A stretch of 64,000 nucleotides of DNA from Chitinophagaceae bacterium (GTDB lineage: Bacteria > Bacteroidota > Bacteroidia > Chitinophagales > UBA10324), in contig CANIPU010000005.1 in NCBI GenBank assembly GCA_947469485.1, forward strand, positions 98,199-162,198, written 5' to 3'. Below the pieces are notes generated by a model. The model was not told the DNA's origin and did no database searches. It worked only from the letters and a program-made list of their open reading frames with translations. A program made the translations under genes and the position numbers. Position 1 is the first letter of the stretch, and the number at the start of each line of letters is the position of its first letter. This document shows positions 9,354 through 21,600 of this stretch, one piece after another.

Positions 9354-9524
9354 ATGCTTAATTTCAGTACTTTAGTTGCAGGAACTCATATCATTCTTAA
9401 AATGAAAAATGAGGATGATGGCACAGATAACCCAGCAAAAACATTCGACTTTTACTTAAAAAAGAAGAATCGCCGACCAAGATCAAAATCTTTAAAAAAG
9501 TTTAAGAAATCGGCGGCAAGTTAG
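9354..9524 (+). CDS. Small basic hypothetical protein (56 aa, not in ORF track): MLNFSTLVAGTHIILKMKNEDDGTDNPAKTFDFYLKKKNRRPRSKSLKKFKKSAAS
   Basis: Manual translation from ATG 9354 to TAG 9522-9524; 15 nt after the preceding stop and 30 nt before a terminator; alternative start at the internal ATG (MKNEDD). Confidence 0.45.
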   Translation: MLNFSTLVAGTHIILKMKNEDDGTDNPAKTFDFYLKKKNRRPRSKSLKKFKKSAAS

Positions 9525-9553
9525 AAATTATTTAAAGGTAATTTCAAAATTAT

Positions 9554-9589
9554 AAAGGAAGGAATCCAAATGGGTTCCTTCTTTTTTTT
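9554..9589 (+). terminator. Rho-independent terminator after the small-ORF pair
   Basis: Stem GAAGGAATCC / GGGTTCCTTC (one G-U pair), 4-nt loop, T8 tail. Confidence 0.82.
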
Positions 9590-9617
9590 ACCAAATAAAA
9601 AATGTTATCAACAAAAG

Positions 9618-9646
9618 GTAACTATTAATAGGTAGTCTTAGTATAA
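9618..9646 (+). promoter_or_regulatory. Putative ECF-sigma promoter GTAAC-N18-GTATAA (copy 2), upstream of the giant adhesin
   Basis: GTAAC 9618-9622 and GTATAA 9641-9646, 19 nt before ATG 9666; no TAnnTTTG box seen in this intergenic region. Confidence 0.5.
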
Positions 9647-9665
9647 AGTCCTAGAAATCTCAAAA

Positions 9666-12600
9666 ATGGGTAGCACTAATTTTTGCAGAGGATTTATCAT
9701 CTTCAAATTTTTATTAATAATTTCAGTTGTTGGTCTAAAAGCCCAACCTTTTGCTGATTTTAGTTTTGTTGCCCCAACACCAAATTGTAATCCTGCTGTT
9801 TATAGTTTTACAAATTTAAGCACCGGAATAGCTCCAATAAGTTATGAATGGAATTTTGGCGTTTATCCAGGAGTTAATTCGGTCTTTCAAAATCCGAGTA
9901 CCACTTTTTTAAATTGTGGAAATTTTAATGTTCAACTCATTGTAACTGATGGAATTGGAATTAAAGATACTGTAACTTACCCAATTGTAATATGGTGCTT
10001 GCCAACTGCAAGTTATTCTGTAGATAATTCTTCAGGTTGTTTACCTTTTTATGAAAGCTTTACCAGTACTTCAACACCTGGAAGTGGAATTTTAACTGAT
10101 TTTGTATGGGACTTTGGCGATGGGTATTCCGGAACAGGAACAAATCCTTATCATACTTATCAGGATGAAGGATGTAAATTAGTGACTTTAATCGTTACAA
10201 ATTCTTTCAATTGTGTTGCCGATACAACAATTTCAGATGTATTGTGTGTTTATACACCACCTCAAGCGGGATTTATCTCGTCAGTAAGCACTTCTTGCGC
10301 TGTTCCATTTATTGTTTCTTATCAAGATACATCATTACATGGTTTAGCACCATTTAGTTATCAATGGATATTTAATGGTGGAGTTCCAGCTACTGACACA
10401 ACAGCAAATCCTGTAGTTACATATAATAGTGCTGGTAATTATTCAGCTGTTTTAATAGTGACGGACGCTAATGGATGTACGGATACAATTACAAATGATA
10501 ACTATATAGTTATTGCAAATAATACTTCCTCTTTAGATTTAAGTTCAGATCATGGTTGCCCACCATTTTCTTTAACTTTAAATGGTGTTTCATCCAGTAG
10601 TCCAATTGGATGGAATTGGAGTATATCTCCTTCAGGAATAATTTTAGATTCAACGGTTCAATCAACTTCAGTTTCTATAAGTGATACAGGTGTTTTTTCG
10701 TTATGCTTAAACATTGATTATGGCAGTGGATGCATTGCTCAATCCTGCACAACAATAATCAGTCATCCATCTCCAGAAGCAAATTATTCGATAAATGGTT
10801 TGCTTAATACATGTCTTAGACCAAATCCGATTTCGTTTATTGATTCTTCAACAGGTTCAAATCTATCATATGCTTGGTCATTTTCAGGTGGATTTCCTTC
10901 AAGCGCAAATACATCAACACCGGATACAATAAATTATGTTGCATGTGGTACATATAGTGCAAGTTTAACAGTTACAGATGATTTCGGATGTGTCGATACA
11001 TATAGTTCAACAGATTTTTTAACCATAAACTGTCCGGCGGCAAATTTTATTGCAACTCCAAGCAGTGGTTGTATTCCTCTTTCAGTCAATTTCAATTCCA
11101 CCACAAGCACAAGTAATCCTATCCAATGGGAATGGAATTTCGGAGATCCAGCAAGTGGAATATTAAATATTGATTATTCTCAAAATCCATCTCATGTTTA
11201 TAATGTTCCTGGTTGCTACACTGTTTCTTTAATTACAACAAATGCTGAAGGATGCAAGGATACTATTATAGTTTCGAATGCGATTTGCTGCAGTACTCCT
11301 CCTACAGTTGCATTTAGTGCAACTCCTGCAGAAAACTGCGCTAATCTTCCAATATATTTTACAAATCAGGCAACCGGAATTTACAGTTATACAACTTACA
11401 CTTGGGATTTTCATGGTGTTCCTGATTATAATAATGAATCAACAAACCCAAATCCAACATATATATATAACGATACAGGACTGTTTGATGTAACTCTAAT
11501 AGTTTCCAATTATGGATGCAGTGACACGCTAACTATAAATGATATGGTGCATTTACTTCCTCCTGTTGCAAATATTACTTTGACAAGAAGTTGTACTTTA
11601 CCTTATGTAATTACTTTAAACGGAAGTGGATCGATAGGAGCTGATACATATACATGGGTAATTCCTGGTGGTAATCCATCATTTGCTTCTACTCCAATAG
11701 TTTCTGTAACTTATACAACAACCGGAAATCACTCAGCATCTTTATTTGTAACAAATGCGAGTACAGGGTGTACGGATCAAATGAATGTTAATATTCCTGT
11801 CAGGGATATCGCGGCACACTTTACCGGAACCCCTCTGTCTGGTTGCGCCCCTTTGATTTCTTGTATGACAAATACATCTGTTGATGCTGTGAGTTATGCT
11901 TGGTTGGTTTCAAACTCTTCCGGAAGTACAGTTGCGACAAGTTCAAGTACTTCACCTTGTTTTACATTATCAATTCCTGGTATTTATAATGTAAGGTTAA
12001 TAGCAACTGATCAATTTGGCTGCAAGGATACTTTATATCATCCAAGCTATATCACTGTATGGGGACCAATAGTAGACTTCTTAGGAACTCCATTAATTGG
12101 ATGCGCTCCATTGGTTGTAGATTTTGCTGATTTATCTTCTGCTCCCACATCTTCAATTGTTTCTTGGAGTTGGAGCTTTGGTGATACTGCCAGCGGAATA
12201 AACAATTCTTCAAATCTTCAAAACCCGGTTCATACATTTATAAATCCCGGATTTTATACCATTGGTTTAACAATAACAGATAATAATGGTTGTACGAAAA
12301 CAAATATTAAAACAAATTATATTCAGGTAATTCAACCAATTGCATCCTTCCTATTAACAGATACAACTATTTGCCTGGGGAATTCAGCATGTTTTATCAA
12401 TACTTCAACCGGAACTGGTTTGACTTATGAATGGGGTTTTGGAAATGGCACTACTTCAACAACTTCAAACCCTTGTTTTTTATATAACAATAATGGAAAT
12501 TATACAATTACATTAATTGTAACTGATGCAACTGGATGTACAGATACTGCTGAAAAGAATAGTTATGTAAATGTTACTCATCCGGTAGCTAATTTAATAG

Positions 12601-15600
12601 CTGATACAACTAATTCTTCTTGTCCTCCATTGACAGTGCACTTTATAAATCTTGCAACTGATATTGATGCAAATTCAACCTACTATTGGAAATTCGGAGA
12701 CGGACAAGTTTCATCAGCACCTAATCCTTCTCATATTTATAATATGGCAGGAACATTTGATGTTACTCTGATTGTAACTAATCAAAATGGATGTAAGGAC
12801 ACGATTGTTTTTGACGATTATATAAATATAGGTGGACCTGAAGGTCATATTTCTCAATTACCGACAAGCGGATGTGTACCTCACTTTACATGTTTTGAAG
12901 CTGAATCTGCCTCAACCATTTCGTTTACATGGAACTTTGGTGATGGAACTGTGATTGTAAATGGCGATTCTATTTGTCACACTTATGTTACCACTGGAAC
13001 TTTTTATTCTGAATTGATTCTTAATGACGGAATAGGGTGTGTTTATGCTTTGCCAATTGGTATTGTAGAAGTAAATGGTGCTAATTGTGTTTTTAATTTG
13101 GACAACCCTGTTTTATGCGAAAATGGCAATGTGCAGTTTTCTGATGCGAGTTATGGAACTTCTCCAATTACTCAATGGAATTGGAATTTTGGTGACTTAG
13201 CCAGCGGAGCTCAAAACTCATCCTCTCTGCAAAATCCTTCTCATTTTTTTGCTTCTCCAGGTGTATATCCGATTTCTTTAAGCATAGTTACAATTGATGG
13301 TTGTACGAATTCATATTTTGATACAGTGCTGGTACAATCTGCACCTATAGCTGATTTTGCAAGAGGTGACTCATCAATTTGTGCTCCTGATTCAGTTCAC
13401 TTTTTTGACCTAACAATTTCAACCAGCCCAACTATTAGTTGGTCATGGAATTTCGGTGATGCTGCAAGTGGTATTAATAATACAGATACACTGCAGAATT
13501 CAGTTCATTTTTATCAATTCCCAGGAACATATTCAGTAACTCTCACAACACTTGCTGCAAATGGCTGTAGTGATAGTTATACTATTCCTGTTTATGTTCA
13601 TGATACAGTAATTGCAAATGCCGGAGCCGATAAAATAATTTGTTATGGTCAGGGTGCAGTTTTAAATGCTACAGGTGGGGCTTTATATACATGGATACCT
13701 TCAATTGGTTTAAGCGATGCAAATATTTCTTCACCAGTTGCAACGCCGATAATCACAACTTCTTATACAGTTATTGTAAGTAATATTTGGGGTTGCAGCG
13801 ATATTGACTCAGTTAATGTAATAGTAAATCCTGTTCCTGTTATTAGTTCATTAACAGCCAATGATGATACTTGCTCAAGTGGAAATGCCGTAGCGATTGT
13901 TAATGCCATGGGAGGTACTTCACCTTTTACTTATTTTTGGAATTCGATACCATCACAAAATGATTCTGTTGCATATTCTCTATCAGGTGGAAATACTTAT
14001 AGTGTAATTGTGACTGATGCAAACGGATGTACAGTTTTGCAGCCAATTACTATTGCAGATCTTCCTGGCCCTGTTATTAATGCTGTAGGTATTTCATCAA
14101 CTTGTGGAATTTCAAATGGAACAGTAAATGTGGTTGCTTCAGGGGGCAACGGTTCATTGATTTATGTATGGAATACAACTGATATAACACAATCAATTAA
14201 CAATCTGCTAGCAGGAAATTATGAAGTAACAGTTTCAGATGATTTTAATTGTGAAGCAATTGATAATGTTTTAGTATCAGATTTAGCCGGACCAACAGCT
14301 TCTATTGCTCATATTAATCCAACTTGTGAATTAAACAATGGAACTATTAATTTGATAATTTATGGTGGTAACGCTCCTTTTTATTATTTGTGGAGCAACG
14401 GAGCATCAACACAAGATTTGTCTAGTCTTAATCCCGGAATTTACTCAGTTACAGTCACTGATCAATTTGGATGTGTTTATTCACTTACTGACTCTATTCA
14501 AAATCAACCTAGCCCATTGATAAGTGCTACTGTTGTAAATGCAACCTGTCATATTAATAATGGAAGTATTGATTTGAATATTATGGGAGGTACCGCACCT
14601 TTTTTAATTAACTGGAATAACGGAGCTTATTCAACTGAAGATTTAAATTCCGTTTTATCTGGTGCTTATACAGTTTTAGTTACTGATCAGAATGGTTGCA
14701 CGGCAACTGCAACTTTTGTTATTAGTGATACCCCAATTCCGGTTTTAACTTATACTACAATAGCTTCAACATGCGGAAGCAGTAATGGCAGTATTGATTT
14801 AACTGTAACCGGAGGTGTTGCACCGTACACTTATTTGTGGTGGAATGGAGAAACAACAGAAGATCTTTCCGGTTTCCCGGCTGGAGCATATGGAATTACT
14901 GTAATTGGTGCGAACGGATGTCTTTCTAATACTATAATAACACTAAATGACTTAACAGCACCAACATTAACATTATCTCAAAGTAATAATACTTGCGGAA
15001 ATAATAATGGAAGCATTGATTTAACAATATCAGGAGGTGCGTTTCCTTTTGCTTACCAGTGGAGTGGGGGTGAAACTACTCAGGATATTTTGAACCTGGC
15101 GATCGGAACTTATACAGTTACAGTGATTGATGGAAATGGTTGTTTGGCTTTTAGTAATACAACATTAATAAATATCCAAGGGCCATCGCTTTCTACATTT
15201 TCAGCGAATTCTTCTTGTGGTTATACAAATGGTTCAATTAACCTTGTTGTTACAAACGGAACAGCGCCTTATACATATACATGGAGCAGCGGTCAATCTA
15301 CACAGGATTTATCCAATGTAATTTCAGGTATTTATTCAGTTGCGGTTTCAGATTCAAATAATTGCATAGCAACTACCTCTGATTCTTTAAATAATATTGC
15401 CGGACCTTCTTTAAGTCATTTGACCCAAAATTCCACTTGCTTAAATAGTAATGGTTCTGTTGATGTTAGTATTATTGGAGGAACTGCTCCTTATACATAT
15501 GATTGGAATTCCGGTGCTTATTCAAGCGAAGATTTAATAAATGTTCCTTCAGGAGTTTATAATGTAATTGTAAGTGATCAAAATGGATGTACGGTTTCTG

Positions 15601-18600
15601 ATTTTATAACTTTGAACAATACAGCCGGACCAACTCTTTCTGTTAGTTCAATAAATTCAACTTGTGCAAATTCTAATGGCAGTATTGATTTATCTATTTC
15701 AGGTGGAACTGCACCATTTTTTGTTAACTGGAATTCAGGTCAGTTTTTTACTGAGGATATTAATAATCTGTCACCAAATTCATATACTGTAGTTGTCATT
15801 GATTCAAATAATTGTGAGAGTACATTTACTCAGGTTATAAATAATAATTCAGGCCCTATCGCAAATTCATCTGTAACTAATGCAACATGTGCTTCAGGTA
15901 ATGGTGAAGTTTTATTGACAATAACCGGAGGAACAATGCCATTTTCTTATTTGTGGTCAAATGGTTCAACCATTCAGGATATTCAAAATCTTGCTGCAGG
16001 AAATTATGAAGTTACAATTACAGATTCAAATTATTGTGTTACTGTTTTGTCTGCAATTATTAGTGATGTTTCAGTTCCAATCTCTGTTTGCACTGCAAAT
16101 AATTCAATATGCGGAAGTAATAACGGAAGTGTTGATTTAACAGTGGTTTCTGGGGTATCCCCTTATAACTATTCTTGGAGCAATGGAAATACAACCCAGA
16201 ATTTAAGCGGATTAGCACCTGGTTTGTATTATGTTACTATTTTAGATCAGAACAATTGTGTTTTAATTGATACTGCCGAAGTATTAAATAGTAACAGTCC
16301 TTCATTATCTGCCTCACATATTAATTCAAACTGCGGCAATTCAAATGGTCACATTTATCTTTCAATTAACAATGGAGCGACTCCATATTCGTTTCAATGG
16401 AGTAATGGAGCATTATCTCAAAATATAAACTATATTTCTGCTGGGAGTTACACTGTGACAGTAACTGATGGAAATGGATGTACAGTCGAAACAACAGAGA
16501 GTTTAATAAATATCACCGGACCATCCTCCTTGAGTTTTGGTAGTCAAAGTTCAATTTGCGGAAATTCAAACGGAATGGTTTGGGTTAACGCTTCTGGAGG
16601 AACTGCACCATATTCCTATAATTGGAATACGGTGCCGTTACAAACAAATGATACCGCATTTAATTTAGCAGGAGGGACTTCTTATTCAGTGACTGTTACA
16701 GATGCAAACCTCTGCACAATTAGCGGATCTGTATTAAATGCAATTATAGCTGGACCGACTAGTTCAATTTCTAAAACAAATTGCACATGTAATGAAATCA
16801 ATGGAGGAATAGATCTTACAGTATCTGCAGGAACCGCACCTTTTTTATATAGTTGGAATAATGGTGAGTCAACTTCTGATTTGGATTCTTTGCAAGCAGG
16901 ACTTTACACTGTTACAATTTCAGATGGAAATGGATGTTTAACTACTATTAGTACTACAATCACAAATGTTCCAAGCCCTTCTGTTAATTACAATTTCAAT
17001 AATACTACTTGTGGAAATAATAATGGTTCAATTGACCTAATAATAATCGGAGGAACTGCTCCATTTTTTTATGACTGGAACTCCGGACAATTTGCTACCC
17101 AAGACCTGTTAAACCTTGCTGCAGGCAATTATTTAATTCATTTAGTTGATGCAGCAGGTTGCCAGGTTGATTCAGTTATTACCTTACTTGATCATTCGGG
17201 GCCAACTGTTTCTTTAATAACACAAAATGCAACATGCAATTATAACAATGGATTTGCATCAGCAGTTATCAATGGTGGTACTGCACCATTTGAATATTTA
17301 TGGAGTAACGGCGTAGTTGATTCTTTTAATACAAGTTTATTACCTGGTTCTTATACATTTCAGGTAACTGATTCGAATGGATGCGTTTCTATTGATACTG
17401 TTGTAATATCCAATACTTCCGGCCCTAGCTTAACCGCAACTCATATAGATGAAACTTGCGGAAGCAACAATGGAAGCATTAATATCAATTTAGCAAACGG
17501 AACAGCTCCTTTTATTTATGATTGGAATTCTGGTTTATATAATACTCAGAACCTATCTAATCTTTCTGCAGGAACTTATTTTATCGTGGTTGTTGATGCT
17601 AATTCTTGTCAAGCAATTTCATTACAAACAATTGATAGTTTACCTGCACCTGTTTTGGTTTCAATAATTACAAATTCGCTTTGTTCAACAAATAATGGTT
17701 CAATTGATATTACCATTACAGGAGGAGCAACCCCATATAATTATAACTGGAGTAATGGAGCTACTACTGAAGATTTAAATTCATTGGTACCAGGAATTTA
17801 TATTTTAGCATTTACAGATGGTAGCGGATGTTCAATTATAGATTCGTTTTTGGTAAGTGGTTCTTCTATAATAAACACTTCAATTTTAGCAACAAATGCA
17901 AATTGTGGAATTAGCAATGGTTCGATTGATTTGACTGTTACAGGAGGAACAATGCCTTATGCTTTTAATTGGTCTAATAGTGAAACAAATGAAGATATTG
18001 ATAGCTTGTCAGATGGATTATATGTTGTAAATATATTTGATTCTTTAGGTTGTGCTGTGTCTGATTCAGTTGTTTTGGTTCAGAATAATAGCCCGGAATT
18101 ATCAATATACTCAACAAACGAAACTTGTACCGGATATGATGGAGCAGTTGATATTGATATTTCAGGTGGTACATTACCTTTTGTTTTTAATTGGAGTAAT
18201 GGAGCCAGTACTGAAGACATTTCCGGATTAAGTGCCGGAAGCTATTCTGTAACAGTAACCGATGTTAATGGGTGTTCAGTTGTTTCAACTGCTGATGTGT
18301 TAGCATCAACTGAAGCTGTAATTACATATACTTTAACTGATGCGAATTGCAGTACTAATACAGGGGCAATTGATGTATCAATATTTGGGGGTAGTTATCC
18401 TTTGACATTTTTATGGAGCAATGGTGCAACCACGGAGGATATAAATTCATTATACGCAGGTAGCTACTCTATGACTGTTACAGATTTTAATGGATGTAAT
18501 TCATATTTAACAATAGCTGTTCAATCAGCCGTAACCTGTTCGATACAATTAACCCCTTCGCCTTCAAATTGTAACCTTGCTGACGGAAGTATTGATTTGA

Positions 18601-21600
18601 CTGTTGTTGGAACACCGGCATTTTCTTATATATGGAGCAACAACGATACCACTGAAGATATTGTAAATTTATTGGCAGGATATTATAGCGTAACAGTAAC
18701 AGATGCAAACGGATGTTTTGTTGTGGATTCTGCATTTGTTAGTTATTCATCCGGACCAATTGCTTTTGGAAGTGTAACTCAACCTACCTGCTCTGTTTCA
18801 ACAGGAGCAATTGATTTATCTGTCTTAGGAGGCACATTACCTTATTCTTATTTGTGGAGTAATTCTGCTACTACAGAGGATTTATTATTGTTGACCGGAG
18901 GTAATTATTCAGTTACTGTAATTGATGCAATAGGTTGCCAGACTTTTGGAAATTTCTCTGTAATTGATATAACCCCAATTAATTTAAGTGTAACTAATGT
19001 AGCACCAATGTGTCAGGGAAGTTCAGTTGTTATTTCAGCCTCTGGAGCTGTGTCATATTCCTGGTCGCCAACTATTGGATTGTCAACTTCAACAGGAAGT
19101 AATGTATTGGCTACTCCGGTGGTTAGTACTACATATACCATTACAGGTTTCGATTCAGTTGGTTGTTTTGATACTGTCTCTGTTGCTGTTATTATCAGTC
19201 CCCTTTCAACAATTTCTTCAACAACCTCATCAAACCTGATTTGTTTTGGAGATTCAGCTTTAATAGTTGTTACAGGTGGTTCTTCTCTCATTTGGTCTCC
19301 GGTTTCGAGTCTTAGTTTTATTTCAATGCATAGTGCGTATGCTACCCCAACTTCATTAACAACTTATACTATTACAGAATCAAATGCCTTGGGCTGTACA
19401 TCTTCAACCAGTGTTGTCATAAATGTAATGCCTCAATATACCATTTCAGTTTCTTCATCAGATACGGATTTGTGTTCAGGAGAAAGCACTACTTTAATTG
19501 CCAGCGGAGCTTTATCATATTCATGGTTTCCTTCAACCGGATTAAATACAACAACAGGTGCTAATGTAATTGCATCACCTTCGCAAACAACTACCTATTT
19601 TGTTACAGGAACTAATGCTAGCGGATGTAATGTTACTGATTCAATAGTTGTAATTGTTCATCCTCCGGTTGTAGTTGATGTTAGCCCTTTTAACCCATCA
19701 ATATGTCTTGGCTCATCTATTAATCTAACCGCAACAGGAGCAGTCTATTATATATGGACACCATCATCAGGATTAAATAATGTTCTTAGTTCATCTGTTA
19801 TCGCTACTCCAACTTCAACTACCACCTATACAGTAACCGGAACTGATAGCTTTGGTTGTATTGGTTATAATGCAGTTGTTGTATCAATAGGAACTTCATT
19901 TGCTCTATATCTTAATGACAATGCTCCTTCAATATGCTTAGGAATAGCTGATACAATAAATGTTAGTGGTGCATTTAATGCGACCTATAGCTGGTCACCT
20001 TCTGTAAATTATCTAGATGCTACTGGTGCAAATGTTACCGTCAATCCGAATGCCAGCACGATTTATACAGTAATTGCGACTGATGCCAACGGTTGCACAG
20101 GGTCTACTACAGCAAATGTAACTGTAAATAATCCACCAGTAATAGCATCCACAAATGCACAAGCTTGTTTAGGAACTTCAGCTTCCCTAACTGTTAGCGG
20201 TGCTGCAAATTATTTTTGGTTTCCATCAACTGGAATAAGCAATTCAACTGGAAATTCACAAATTGCATCGCCTGACTCAACAACAATCTATACAATTATT
20301 GGTGTTGATTTAAACGGCTGCGCAGATACTTCTTATTCAACTTTTACAATTAATCCTTTACCGGTTTTATCAGCAGTTCCTTCTGCGACTTCAATTTGTA
20401 ATGGAAGTTCAGCAACTATAGTTGCCTCAGGGGCCAATGTTTATCAATGGGCTCCTTCAATCGGATTAAGTGCAAGTACAGGTGCAAGTGTTGTTGCACA
20501 GCCCTTGGTGAGCACAACATATACATTGTTTGGAACCAACCCTGCAGGATGTACTAATTCTGTAACAGCTGTTGTTAATGTCGGGGCCCCAGTTACAATC
20601 ATTAATACCCCTATTTACCCTTCAATTTGCCTGGGAGATAGTTTAATAATTACTCTTAGTGGAGCTTCCTCTTATCAATGGTCTCCAAGTACCGGGTTGA
20701 GTTCTTCAATAGGAATTACAGTTGTCGCCACTCCGGTAGTTTCAACAAACTATTTAGTTGTTGGAACAGATGTTAACGGTTGTACCGGTTTTACAACTAT
20801 TGATATAACTGTAAATCCTAATATAGTAATGACGGGTTCCTCAGAGTCAGTGTGTATCGGACAAAGTGCAACTTTAAATTCTAGCGGGGCATATTTTTAT
20901 GTCTGGAATCCTGATGTAACATTAAACAGCTATTATGATTCTACAGTAATCGCTACACCTGTTACTAATACAACATATACACTTACCGGCATGAATATGT
21001 ATGGATGTACCGATACAGCTTTATATTCTGTAACTGTAAATCCTTTACCAAATGTTTCAATTGATGGTTTGGTTCCGTTTTATTGTTCAAATTCTCTGAT
21101 TGATACTTTAACAATGAATCCGACTGGGGGCATTCTGTTTGGTTCGGGAGTTTTTGGGAATACTTTTAATCCTTCATTAGCGGGTATAGGCGGACCATTT
21201 TTTGTAACATATTCATATACCGATTCTTTCGGCTGTTCAAGTTATGATAATGATACAACTTTTGTTGGTGGAAATGCTTTAATTGTTGCCGCTACAAACA
21301 ATACAACTATTTGTAATGGATCGTCTACCATCTTATCAGTTTCCGGAGGGCTTAACTACAATTGGTCACCCTCAATAGGATTAAGTAGTTTAACAGGAGA
21401 TACAGTAGTAGCTAATCCTAGTGTTACTACTACATATTTTGTGAGTGGAGTTAATGCTGATGGTTGTTCAGGAACAGATTCAGTAACTGTTTTTGTAACT
21501 TCGCCAAATCAAATTTCAATTATCGTTGCAAGCGATTCAATATGTGCCGGAACATCCACTACTATTTCATTAGCAGGATCATTGAACTATAGCTGGCAAC

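Noticed and set aside
9604-9613. DnaA-box-like GTTATCAACA (and GTGGATAA near 56233)
   Set aside because: Isolated, imperfect single boxes; no cluster or origin-associated genes
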